A DNA stretch of 64,000 nt. It comes from Octopus sinensis (taxonomy: Eukaryota). The stretch lies in contig NC_043019.1 in the NCBI RefSeq assembly GCF_006345805.1, forward strand, positions 2,046,001-2,110,000, written 5' to 3'. Positions 22,650-34,695 of this stretch are shown piece after piece. A program made the translations under genes and the position numbers. Below the pieces are notes generated by a model, which had not been told where the DNA came from, did no database searches, and saw only the letters and a program-made list of their open reading frames with translations. How positions within the stretch are numbered: position 1 is the first letter of the stretch; each line of letters begins with the position of its first letter.

Positions 22650-24149
22650 TTGTTTTGGTTATCACCACTTCAAACTGCTGGAAAGCAGCATCCATATTTA
22701 TACAGCCAATGTGAGCCAATTCATGCCCGGAGTTTTGTACCCTGTCAGGATTCACCTGGAGTTAAGTTTCCTTACACAGCAAAGGTGACAGTCTTAAAGG
22801 AATTTGTGGTCTTGATGAGTGCACTTCAACAGAGTTCCAATGTATGTCGATCAAATTCTTCAAAAATGGAATTCTTCTTCAAACAGCCAGTGCCAATACC
22901 AAGTTATTTGATCGCTATTGTTGTTGGAGACTTGGCCAGTCGTAACATTGGACCCCGTAGCAAAGTATGGTCAGAGACGGAATTTCTTGACAAAGCAGCT
23001 TTTGAGTTCTCTGAGACTGAAGAGATGCTGAAAGTTGCTGAGAACCTGATGGGACCCTATGTATGGAGTCAATATGATCTTGTTGTGCTCCCACCATCTT
23101 TTCCTTATGGTGGCATGGAAAATCCCTGCCTCACATTTGTTACCCCAACACTCTTGGCTGGAGATAAATCACTAGCTAATGTTATTGCACATGAAATATC
23201 TCACAGTTGGACTGGTAACTTGGTCACTAATTCTACATTTGAACATTTCTGGTTAAATGAAGGCCATACGACATTTGTAGAGAGAAAAATTTGTGCTAAG
23301 CTAGGTTGTGGGGAACCATTAAGAAATCTTTTAGGCATGATTGGAAAAAAATCCTGGGCAGATTATGTTAATAATCCGAACACTAAGCCTAATTTTACTC
23401 GATTGGTACCCGAACTCAAAGGAGTATCTCCTGATGACTCCTTTTCTTCTGTGCCTTATGAAAAAGGCTATGCCTTACTCTATTATTTGGAAGACCTTGT
23501 TGGTGGACCAGAGGTTTTTGAACCATTTTTAAAAGCTTACATTGAACATTTCAAGTATCATTCAATTAACTCTCACCAATGGAAAGAGTTCCTGTTGTCT
23601 TACTTTACAGAAAAGGGCAAGGGCAGTGCTTTAAGGAGAGTGAACTGGAATGACTGGTTCTTTGAGACTGGAATGCCAGCAGTACCGATATCGTATCAGT
23701 CATGCCTTGCTGATGCTTGCCAGCAACTAAGTGAAATATGGTGTTCAACTGGAGACAGTAACTTTGGACAGTTCTCTTCATCAGATCTTGACCAATTCTC
23801 CACTCCACAGACGTTGGAATTCCTCAACCAGTTGATGGAACAGGACCCCTTTAGTTTGACCAAGATTGCTCATATGGAATCGGCATATCACTTATTTTCT
23901 CAGGGAAACTCAGAGATTCTGTTTCGGTGGTTAAGACTTTGTCTGCGAGCTAAATGGAACAAGTGCATTCCTCATGCTGTTAGCTTCATTAATAAACAAG
24001 GCCGGTTGAAATTTCTCCTACCAATATACGAACTTCTGTATCAGTGGGAAGACACCAGACAATTGGCAATTGATAATTTCCAAGAACACAAAGAGGAGAT
24101 GCACAATTTAGCTGTCACAAAGATTTCTAAAATGTTGAAACTTACATAA
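22650..24149 (+). CDS. LTA4H: Leukotriene A4 hydrolase / M1 aminopeptidase, uninterrupted frame lacking the N-terminus (probable retrocopy)
   Basis: Colinear with LTA4H as recalled: ETSPDSSALFWLSP..GKQHPYLYSQC, PPSFPYGGMENP (GGMEN 23109-23123), HEISH (23190-23204)..WLNEG, SSVPYEKG, NSEILFRWLRLC, QGRLKF. Frame is open from 22500; first ATG at 22815; the TTG start in the ORF track is not supported. Confidence 0.95.
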   Translation: MFWLSPLQTAGKQHPYLYSQCEPIHARSFVPCQDSPGVKFPYTAKVTVLKEFVVLMSALQQSSNVCRSNSSKMEFFFKQPVPIPSYLIAIVVGDLASRNIGPRSKVWSETEFLDKAAFEFSETEEMLKVAENLMGPYVWSQYDLVVLPPSFPYGGMENPCLTFVTPTLLAGDKSLANVIAHEISHSWTGNLVTNSTFEHFWLNEGHTTFVERKICAKLGCGEPLRNLLGMIGKKSWADYVNNPNTKPNFTRLVPELKGVSPDDSFSSVPYEKGYALLYYLEDLVGGPEVFEPFLKAYIEHFKYHSINSHQWKEFLLSYFTEKGKGSALRRVNWNDWFFETGMPAVPISYQSCLADACQQLSEIWCSTGDSNFGQFSSSDLDQFSTPQTLEFLNQLMEQDPFSLTKIAHMESAYHLFSQGNSEILFRWLRLCLRAKWNKCIPHAVSFINKQGRLKFLLPIYELLYQWEDTRQLAIDNFQEHKEEMHNLAVTKISKMLKLT

Positions 24150-24816
24150 TTATTATAAATCCTGTGTTTTTTCCCTTTTGATTTTTTTTTCCAAGTCAAA
24201 TTTTTTGTTTTACTTGATCAGATTCTGTTTAAAAAGTTAATTCTGGAATAGAAAAATCCTCAAGGTTTAATGGAAAAACTAAAAGAAAATTTTTATAACT
24301 TTAATTATAATTTCAATGATACTATTTTTGCGTAAAGACCTCGGAATTTGTTTTAACACTCATGGCATTTTTAAAGAATCCCAATAATTAGCAATAACAA
24401 AGAAGCAGCCACCATTTGTTTTGATCCTGACCTCACCAAAGTATAAGAGACGCTCCAGTATGTTGTGAGAACTATAGAGAATTTCCTTAAATTGATATAT
24501 AATCCAATAACATTACAAGCTGCTTGCTTCTGCAGAGATCCTATGGATAGCAGAGGTCTTAATGATTGGTAAACTGCATGATTTCACAAGTCTAAACATA
24601 ATGCTAATAATAAATGGCTAGTATATATATGAGTGAGGCAGCTGCCTGTGGTCACTGGTACGTGGTAATGTTACAAGTCTGCAACTCCATTGTGCTTTTT
24701 CTACCTTTTTTTTTTTTGATGTGGTATGCATATGGCAAAACAATTCTTTTTATTCCTCTCCACTCTCTTTTTTAGGCTTTGTATCTATATAATATATTGC
24801 TATATTTCATACATAA

Positions 24817-25195
24817 AGGTGCAGGAGTGGCTGTGTGGTAAGTAGCTTGCTTACCAACCACATGTCCTGGGTTCAGTCCCACTGCGTGGCACCTTGGGCA
24901 AGCGTCTTCTACTATAGCCTCGGGCCGACCAAAGCTTGTGAGTGGATTTGGTAGACGGAAACTGAAAGAAGTGCGTTGTATATAGTGTATATATATATAT
25001 ATATGTTTGTGTTTGTCCCCACAACATCGCATGACAACCGATGCTGGTGTGTTTGCATCCCCGTAACTTAGCGGTTCGGCAAAAGAGACCGATAGAATAA
25101 GACCTGGGGTCGACTTGTTCGACTAAAGGCGGTGCTCCAGCATGGCTGCAGCCAAATGACTGAAACAAGTAAAAGAATAAAAGAAAAGAAAGAAA
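24817..25195 (+). mobile_element. SINE family B
   Basis: Matches 13525-13915. Confidence 0.87.
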
Positions 25196-25198
25196 AGA

Positions 25199-25232
<34 letters not shown>

Positions 25233-25239
25233 ATAAACG

Positions 25240-25540
25240 ATAAACGTCGCCCTTTTCAAGCCTAGCCAGGCTCATCGGCCCGGTTTCCCGGTTTCTGTGG
25301 CGTATGTGTTCCCCCCAGCTGGACGAGACGCCAGTCCATCGCAGCGTTACTCAAGAAACAGGAAGAGGGGAGAGAGAGAGAGAGAGAGAAAGTTGTGGCG
25401 AAAGAGTACAACAGGGTTCACCACCACCCCCTGTCTGAGCCTCGTGGAGGTTTCTTGGTGTTTTCGCTCAATAAACACACACAACACCCGGTCTGGGAAT
25501 CGAAACCGCGATCCTCCGACCTCGAGTCCGCTGCCTTAAC
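25240..25540 (-). mobile_element. tRNA-derived SINE family C (copies also 30440-30748 - and 54935-55350 +)
   Basis: Head GGTTAAGGCAGCGGACTCG..GGTTTCGATTCCCAGACCGGG; body TTTATTGAGCGAAAACACC. Confidence 0.82.
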
Positions 25541-25563
25541 CATATATATATATATATTAATAT

Positions 25564-25629
<66 letters not shown>

Positions 25630-25959
25630 GAATATATATCAAAATTGCCGTCGGTATAATTATTGCTTTTGCCACTACTTTGTCACTTTTGTAACTACAT
25701 TAAAAGAAATTTATAATCAAACTTTGGAATCACTTCGGAAGTTGTAAACATCTGTTGTCTTTTACAACATAAGATATGTGTGTATAGTTGAGTTACGTAA
25801 TTACCAACATAATTGTACAGTAACGGAATAATATTATAAATACGTGGCTGAAATAAACCTCAGAAATGCTTTGCCCGACGCAGAATCTCCAAGAGTTACC
25901 CAGACGTTATACAAACGTTTCTAAATCCATCACAATCCATCCATAGTAATGTTGGAAAC

Positions 25960-26632
25960 CCTACTGTATCGTCAGCTGCTATCCAAGTGTCACAAGTGTT
26001 TCGCATTTCATCCTGTACGCTTTGTCTGGGTGAAACAGCGAGGACTGAAATACTCATCGCCTGCAGGATACTCCTCTTTAGGTCTCTTATAAACCATAGC
26101 TACCTTGAGTGTGTTTCTGCTGCCGTTCTTTTTTCATTAGTGTCTTTCTGCAGTTGTCTCAGTTCCACACCAATCTTCTGTAGAAAATACTGCACCGATT
26201 TAGCTGAAAAGCAGCAGTGGCCGACGTCATAAGGAATGACGCCTCGTGCCTTCCCTTGACAAAGGCCTTGTCGATCAAATCCCGATATTTGGTTTTCTTT
26301 CACTGGTAAGAAATATTGAGTCTGTCCTTGCAGGGCGCTGTGGGGTCGACCTGATTATTGTTTTGTACTCATGGAGAACAAGAACATGCTCGGTCGGGAA
26401 AACGCTACTACTGTAGCCTCTGGCAAGTTGCGTCTGGTCTTCAAACCTGAGGCTGGAAGCAAAATAGAAAACTGGTCCTCCGCATTTACTTCGGACATAG
26501 AACGTATATTGCCTTCTCTTAGGCTTCTGACACCTTTAGTTCATGTTAGCAATGTTTTTTAGCCTTAAACACTTGCAGAACACTCCTCTTGGCAATCTCT
26601 GTAAGGCCTTTGTCATGTCTCCACTTATATCT
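25960..26632 (-). mobile_element. 3' remnant of a HERO-like RLE non-LTR retrotransposon
   Basis: Minus-strand frames RYKWRHDK..EIAK, RP(D)MFLFS, DPTAPCKDRLNISYQ..KYRDL, DVGHCCF, AAETHSR*LWF resemble the HERO/R2-group endonuclease end. Confidence 0.6.
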
Positions 26633-27047
26633 ATTTCTATTTCTTTATTACCCACAAGGGACTAAACACAGAGAGGACAAACAAGGACAGACAAACGGAT
26701 TAAGTTGATTATATCGACCCCAGTGCGTAACTGGTACTTAATTTATCGACCCCGAAAGGATGAAAGGCAAAGTCGACCTCGGCGGAATTTGAACTCAGAA
26801 CGTAGCGGCAGACGAAATACCTATTTCTTTTCTACCCACAAGGGGCTAAACACAGAGGGGACAAACAAGGACAGACAAACGGTGTTTAAGTCGATAACAT
26901 CGACCCCAGTGCGTAACTGGTACTTATTTAATCAACCACAAAAGGATGAAAGGCAGAGTCGACCTCGGCGGAATTTGAACTCAGAACGTAATGGCAGACG
27001 AAATACGGCTACGCATTTCGCCCGGCGTGCTAACGATTCTGCCAGCT
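26633..27047 (-). mobile_element. SINE family A dimer (head plus two bodies)
   Basis: Body junction GAAATACCTATTTC at ~26814. Confidence 0.88.
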
Positions 27048-27447
27048 CCAGCGTTCCTTCACTGCCTTCGCGTATCCACACTGCATGCAATATAAGTCTT
27101 CCGCTTCGTCCCATATTTTAAGGTTATTTGGCGTTGGCGAGGGAAACGACGGCAAAACAACCTTTGATTTCGTTCCAGAGGTAAATTGTTTTTAATTCAT
27201 GACACGAAGTGAAAATTAAAACATGACAACACTCTAGTTCAAAACAGTCAGAGGTTTATGACAAGGAATATAACTTTCAGAGATACTCTCAGCTAACGTG
27301 ACACCAACATTGCTACTTATATGGATTTTTACACTATCGAAACAAGTTTTACTCATTTCACAGCTTTCAAGTGACTGTGAAAATTAGCCACGTGCTCAAT
27401 TTTCCTGTCATTGTGATGGTCACGTTTGAACAGATACGACTTGAAAG

Positions 27448-27863
27448 GGAGGCGAGCTGGCAGAAACGTTCGCACGCCGGCGAAATGCGTAGCTGTATTT
27501 CGTCTGTCGTTACGTTGTGAGTTCAAATTCCGCCGAGGTCGACTTTGCCTTTCATCCTTTCGGGGTCGATAAATTAAGTACCATTCACGCACTGGAGTCA
27601 ATGTAATCGACTTAATACCTATGTCTGTCCTTGTTTGTCCGCTCTATGTTTAGCCCCTTGTGGGTAATAAGGAAATAGGTATTTCGTCTGCCGTTACGTT
27701 CTGAGTTCAAATTCCGCCGAAGTCGACTTTGCCTTTCATCCTTTCGGGGTCGATTAAATAAGTACCAGTTACGCACTGGGGTCGATGTAATCGACTTAAT
27801 CCGTTTGTCTGTCCTTATTTGACCCCTCTGTGTTTAGCCCCTTGTGGGTAGTAAAGAAATAGG
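27448..27863 (+). mobile_element. SINE family A dimer inside one 13-bp target-site duplication
   Basis: TACGACTTGAAAG at 27435-27447 and 27864-27876. Confidence 0.9.
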
Positions 27864-28215
27864 TACGACTTGAAAGCGAATGTTCTCGCCTCAAGAACAA
27901 AGCGTTGTGGGAATACGATCGCGATATGATAATTCGGCTTAAATAAGTTATATATAATACAACATGTATTGAGTACTCTGTCTTTGGCACAATTTCTTTG
28001 TATATATGTGTGGGTGGTGTGTTTAAGTACACACACACATACATACACACACATAAGATATATAAATGCATACATATATAAGCAGTTATTTATATGTGTG
28101 TATGCGCATGTGTATTTATATGTGTATCTAAGCATTTATATATATGTAATTATATATATATAAGCATTTATAAACATATACATACATAAATGTACGTAAA
28201 TATATACACACACAC

Positions 28216-28258
<43 letters not shown>

Positions 28259-29100
28259 TGAACACATATCGATAGATATTTGTGTTTAAAACATATATAT
28301 ATAATTATATATATATATAAAAGCATTTATAAACATATACATACATAAATGTACGTAAATATATACACACACACACATATATTACACGTACACACACACA
28401 TGCACACATATCGATAGATATTTGTGTTTAAAACATACGTTGTACCTACGTATATTTGTGTACATATAAGTAGATATGTACGTTTGTGTCTGGGTGGAAG
28501 TGTACATTCACTCACACGCATACACACGCACACATGTGTGTATATGTGTTTGTGTATACGCGCATGTGTGTGTGTGTGTATTATGTATATATGCACTGTT
28601 TGAGATATCAGATTGCTTTTGGGGTTTTTTTGGCTTTTTTGCTGATGTAATTGTTATTTGCTACGACTGTGTAGATGTATTTGTCTCCATCGGAAACTTA
28701 ATTTCCTCTTCAGATCATGTAAAAAAAGTGTTTTCTGTTAATGCTTCTTCTTTTCTTCTGCCAAATTCTTAACGTATAAGCAGATTTCGCATGATATTGA
28801 ACGATATACAGATTTTGCCAATAATTGCTGTTTTCCTGCGTGTAGATCAAGCTGCTGTTAAGAAAAAGACAAGATTATTGTGTTATATAATAAACACAAT
28901 TATTCCTTCAATACTGAGGAACTGCTGGATACTGTTGAAGCATAAAAATGTTTTACATCTGGACGATGTTACATATTGAGGAGAGTGTTTTATTCTCATG
29001 TACTATAGCGCAATAGGTATGAATATGTGTTATGCATATATATATATATATATATTTATGCATATATATATATATATGTGTGTATAGATATATATGTATG

Positions 29101-29141
<41 letters not shown>

Positions 29142-29228
29142 CATATACATACATATATATATATATGTATGTATTTATATACATATATTGATATATATAT
29201 ATATATAATATTATATATTATATATATA

Positions 29229-29286
<58 letters not shown>

Positions 29287-29801
29287 ATCAGTATATATAT
29301 TCATGTATCTATGTATATGTGCGTGTTAATGTATATGTATATATATACAGACACAGCGACACACATACATATGTATATATATATATATATATATATTCTC
29401 ATTCATTCACACGCACAAAACACAGGCACAAACACACACACACACACACATAGCTGATGATCGGAAACAAGTAACACTTTTTGAGTACTGGAAACTGGAG
29501 CTTTTCAGTTAAGATATATTAAAGGAACTTCCCAAATCTGTGTGTGGTGTGTGCGTGTGTGTGTGTTTTAAAAATCGTCAGGTGAAAGGTGAACAGAGAA
29601 ATAATCAATATTTTCCAGCAGATTCGAAAGCAATTATGCTAACCTCTATTGTTTTGCGTCACAGGACAAAGAATATCTTCACCTTTGCGACGAATATGTG
29701 TGCATAACGCACGCGATTTATCAGCACCAGAAATTTGGGCATACCCGGAATTTCGACATCGTTGTGCTTCGTCAGCCAGCAGCACGGTTGGGTTAATAAA
29801 A

Positions 29802-30221
29802 TACCTATTTCTTTACTACCCACAAGGGGCTAAACACAGAGAGGACAAACAAGGACAGACAAACGGATTAAGTCGATTACGTCGACCCCAGTGCGTAATG
29901 GTACTTAATTTATCGACTCCGAAAGGATGAAAGGCAAAGTCGACCTCGGCGGAATTTGAACTCAGAACGCAACGGCAGACAAGAATACCTACTTCTTTAC
30001 TTCCCACAAGGGGCTAAACACAGAGGGACAAACAAGGACAGACAACGGATTAAGTCGACATATCGACCCAGTGCGTAACTGCGTACTTAATTTATCGACC
30101 CCCGAAAGGATGAAAAGGCAAAGTCCGACCTCGGCGGAATTTGAACTCAGAACGCAACGGCAGACGAAATACCGCTAAGCATTTCGGCCGACGTGCGAAC
30201 GTTTCTGCCATCTCGCCGCCT
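29802..30221 (-). mobile_element. SINE family A dimer
   Basis: Body junction at ~29985. Confidence 0.87.
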
Positions 30222-31009
30222 TAATAAAATACTCGGATTAATAAAATACCGGCTGCCTTAGAACCCTTTGTAGTAATGAATGGAGTATGTTATTTATCTT
30301 GTACAGAAGCTGTTCACTTATGTAGAAATACAACAATGATAGCAAAGATTTGTGGGAATATATCGAGAGCAAATATGCAAGACACCATTTTGCTTCTAGT
30401 TGTTCCCTGTTCATATAACGAATTATTATAGTTTGGCATATCATCGTGATCACCGTGACCGACCAGGCTATCAGATGTAGTTACACATCGCTGGTCACAA
30501 TGCGTTCGCATTGTTTTAGCCTTCAAATGACGCCACCCCGCTGGCTAAGCGAGCAGGCCAACAGAAGAAAGAGTGAGAGAAAGTTGTGGTGAAAGAGTAC
30601 AGCAGGGATCACCACCCCCTGCCGGAGCCTCGTGGAGCTTCTAGGTGTTTTTGCTCAATAAACACGCACAACGCCCGGTCTAGGAATCGAAACCGCAATC
30701 CTACGACCGCGAGTCCGCTGCCCTAACCACTAGGCCATTGCGCCTCCACAGTTTGGCATATAGCACGGATTAATAATCAATTTTGTTCAGGTGCTTCTGG
30801 CTGACGACACACAAAGGTATCGAAACGCTGGATGTCTCGACATCTTTTGTACTAATGAATCGAAATTGTTATCAACAAGTCGAGAAGAAGAAGCTGCAGA
30901 AGATGTCCTTAATGAAGCCCAACAATGAATAGCAAATTTACGTCCGAATTTGCGAAAACAAATTCAGAATATATATGCAAGTCATCGATATAATGTTTAA
31001 GTATGTATG

Positions 31010-31055
<46 letters not shown>

Positions 31056-31209
31056 TATTTCACACAAAAAAACCGAAATTACTTCTTGCCAACTCAATAT
31101 GGTGTGTGTGGTGTGGTGTGTTTGTATGTGGTGTGGCATATACATATAAACACACATACACGTATATCTATATCTGTATGTACATATATTGTGTATGTAT
31201 GTGTGTATG

Positions 31210-31242
<33 letters not shown>

Positions 31243-31244
<2 letters not shown>

Positions 31245-31864
31245 CAATGATAAATCTCAGAGCGAGTTATAAACAGTAGCGGTAACACATCGTGTTGCAT
31301 ATTTGCCATTTGAATATGGCTACCCATAAGGGTGGATGCTACTTAGTTTGTAGCCCCAGGAAGTATCTCCTCTAGTTGGCTATAGACACACTATCTGTGT
31401 CCTGTCAGTATTTGTGAAGGGGAGTCATCCTCCCCGTCTTCAACACATGATACCACGTACCCGAGTTCAAGGTGTTTACCTTCATCAGCGTGTGACAATC
31501 ATGGTTGTCGACGAGAAGTCAGATCCCTTCACAAATACATATACTTTTCCAGTGTCGATTTGACACTGATAATGAATAATAACCCTTATGGGTTAGCCAT
31601 ATTCAAATGGCAAATATGCAACACGATGTGTTACCGCTACTGTTTATAACTCGCTCTGAGATTTATCATTGTTTGATTTCACTTTTTCATTATCAGTGTC
31701 AAATCGACACTGGAAAAGGTATGTGTATTTGTGAAGGGATCTGACTTCTCGTCGACAACCATGATTGTCACACGCTGATGAAAGGTAAACACCTTGAAAC
31801 TCGGGTACGTGTGTATCATGTGTTGAAGACGGGGAGGATGACTCCCCTTCACAAATACTGACAG
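31243..31864. mobile_element. Two divergent, circularly permuted partial copies of a ~350-nt hammerhead-bearing repeat
   Basis: Order A(31243-31333) B C(31402-31576) A'(31582-31673) C'(31686-31864). Confidence 0.85.
31769..31813 (+). ncRNA. Canonical type I hammerhead ribozyme (damaged mirror copy 31453-31494 -)
   Basis: CACACG-CTGATGA-AAGGT-AAAC-ACCTT-GAAAC-TCGG-GTA|CGTGTG. Confidence 0.88.
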
Positions 31865-32754
31865 CGATCGATCTTGAATATTGTAGGGGTATCCATATAA
31901 TCTGATAATTTTACCTAATCTTCAAACTGTCCGTCGTCTTTGCTTGAATAAAGAACTTTGTTACTATTAATAATGAGCGATGTAGCCACATCGAGACACT
32001 CTCGTAGTAGATTTCCTCGTTGTTATTGCAACTATTTTATAAAGTGGACAGAAAGAACAATTAAAAGCCTATATGGTCTGAATTGTAGCCCAAGCTTTCA
32101 TTACGAATTCCAAAGTTTAGTTTCCTAACAGCTTATGTTTTGTCCCCCATCATTGCTTGATAACCGATGTTGGTGTGTTTACGTTCCCATAAATTAGCGG
32201 TACTGCAAAAGAAACAGATAGAATAAGTGCCAAGCTTTAAAAGTTTTCGCTGATACAGTGATGTTAGTCTCGTTTAAAGCCATATATTATCAAATGTATC
32301 ACTCGAATATATTAAACTAAAAACATTAAAATTGTATATATTTGACATGATGTTAGAGCGGAGTGTCTGCTATATAAATGATTTTGTGTAAAAACAACAC
32401 GGTGAACCGTTTAGATGATGCTGAATTTGTAATCGATTTCTCGGTTCAAATATAGGGGGAAATTATATTGACATATTTAGCATAATGAAAGATATTATAC
32501 TAACAGCAAATAGCTATGTGCTGAAACGCGTTGCTCATAATTAATTAGACAGACAGTCGGGCAGATATATGAACTGATGGATGGAGGGAAAGATGCATGG
32601 ATGGATGGACAGAGAGAGAGGGGGAGAGCTGGAGTGAGTGGGAGATAGAAACATAGTTTGAGTGATAGAATCAGGCATACATAATTAGATAGGTAGATGG
32701 ATAGATTGACAAAAGCGTAGAGAGAGGTGGAGTGAATAAGATATAGGAAGAAAG

Positions 32755-33012
<258 letters not shown>

Positions 33013-33737
33013 TTAATAAAAGAAGTATCTGAAAGATTATTAACTAGAAATACTTACATCATACACGAAAATGATATTAGTCAATGATTAATATACGTTC
33101 ATTCGAATTAGTTTGGCAAGTACAGCAAGATAAATCGGAACTTGATTTGGTCTAGTGACCTCATCAGCGAGTCATCGACCTCACATCGTTGCAGACAGAC
33201 GTAGTGGAGAAAGACTCGCTATGCAAAGGTAAAGTGATGGTTGGCATACATAACTGTATATCCTGTTGAGTGATGATATAATGCATGTACAGTGTATATG
33301 TGGATGTATCTGATCTAGATACCGAGAAACTGTCAGGATATGTGTGTGGTGTGTGTGTGTGTTTGTGTGTTTGTGTGTGTGTGTGTATGTGTGCATATAT
33401 AGAGAAGTGTGTATATACGTGCGTGTGTGTGTGTGTCACTAACGTGAACAAGGGCACTAATCAGTACCAGTATTCCTAGAAATAAGAGTCAAAACTACTC
33501 AGTAGCCAACAAGAGTACTATCTTAATGAGCTGACAAGGGAGAAACTCTTCCCTATGTTCGCAGATAGAGCCAGATCATCGATGACTTCGCGTTCTGGTG
33601 CTAAAAGCATCTTAACGCTCATCAGTGGCTCTCACTGCGTCTAAGGTTAAACTCATTTCACCTTGTCAGCTTATAAGACTTCCGTTGAGACTATTCGCTG
33701 ATTTCAAAAGCGGTGAAAGCTGACAGGGCATCGAAGG

Positions 33738-34440
33738 CTTTTGGTTTTACCATCAGCATCAAGAAAACTGAGCTTAGACATCAGCATTAAAAACTGTTTC
33801 TTTCTTCACTTATATTCCATTGTGTCTAATAATGGTAAGATGGATGCAGAAATTGAGTCCAGAATCGAGAAGGCTAGTTCCACTTTCGGCAAGTTTTATC
33901 ACAGGCTTTGGAACAGCCACGACGTATCGTTGAAGGTGAAAGTCGATGTATACAAGTCGGTGGTTTTGACATCATTGCTTTATGGTGCTGAATATTGGAC
34001 CCTGTAACGAAAACGCATCAACCAGCTTGACGCTTTTCATATTTAATGCTTGCGTACTATCTCCGACATAAAACCGATTGATCGTATTCGTAACAATGAG
34101 GCGCTAACAAACTACAACATATCAGGTAGTGAATCCATCCTCATCAAACTACAATTTAGATGATCAGGTCAACCTTCACGTATGAATGATATTAGAAATC
34201 CTAAGCAACTTTTCTTTGGCCAAATCCCAACAGGAAAACGAGTTGGAAGGCCACTCTTGCGCTTCAAATACAAACTAAGTGAAAATTTGAAGCGATGCAC
34301 CATTCCCTTTACTTCATGGGAATACAAAACATCAGAACGCAAGACCTGGCGCCAGTCCTGCTTCTCCTCGGCTCAATGACTTGAGCTAAGTCGGCTCCAA
34401 CATCGGGCCAAACTTCCTGCAAGCACGAAAGCACGCTGGC
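33738..34440 (+). mobile_element. Decayed RTE-clade RT C-terminal fragment
   Basis: RIEKASSTFG..LWNSHDVSLKVKVDVYKSVVLTSLLYGAE.W; PKQLFFGQI..GRPLLRFK. Confidence 0.88.
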
Positions 34441-34457
34441 AAAGCGCTGTTCCTTTA

Positions 34458-34695
34458 AGTAGTTAGTTAGTTAATTTTTTGACTCAAATAGCAAAAAGCA
34501 AAGCCATGTAGGGGGACATGGAGTTATGTACATGGTGGTGTTCATGTAAAGAGTTCAGGCCACTTGAGGTCAAGGGAGACTTTGAACAAAGTGGTCGTCG
34601 GCATCTTCACCATCTCGTCTGGCAGCTTGTTCCACGGATCCGCAACCCGGACGGAGAAAGCCCCTCTCCTTTGAGTGAGATGAAATCGTCGCAGA
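34458..34695 (-). mobile_element. CR1-type LINE 3' end with (TAAC)n tail
   Basis: RRGAFSVRVADPWNKLPDEMV..FKVSLD. Confidence 0.8.

Noticed and set aside
25915-25985. Minus-strand CTGACGA...GAAACGTT
   Set aside because: Helices I and II do not pair convincingly, and it overlaps the HERO-like 3' tail.
30795-30840. CTGACGA...GAAACG hammerhead-like spacing
   Set aside because: No helix I partner and poor helix II; chance or too decayed.
31355-31378. Minus-strand ATACTTCCTGG resembling the U1 snRNA 5' end
   Set aside because: Match is too short and there is no downstream U1 structure or Sm site.
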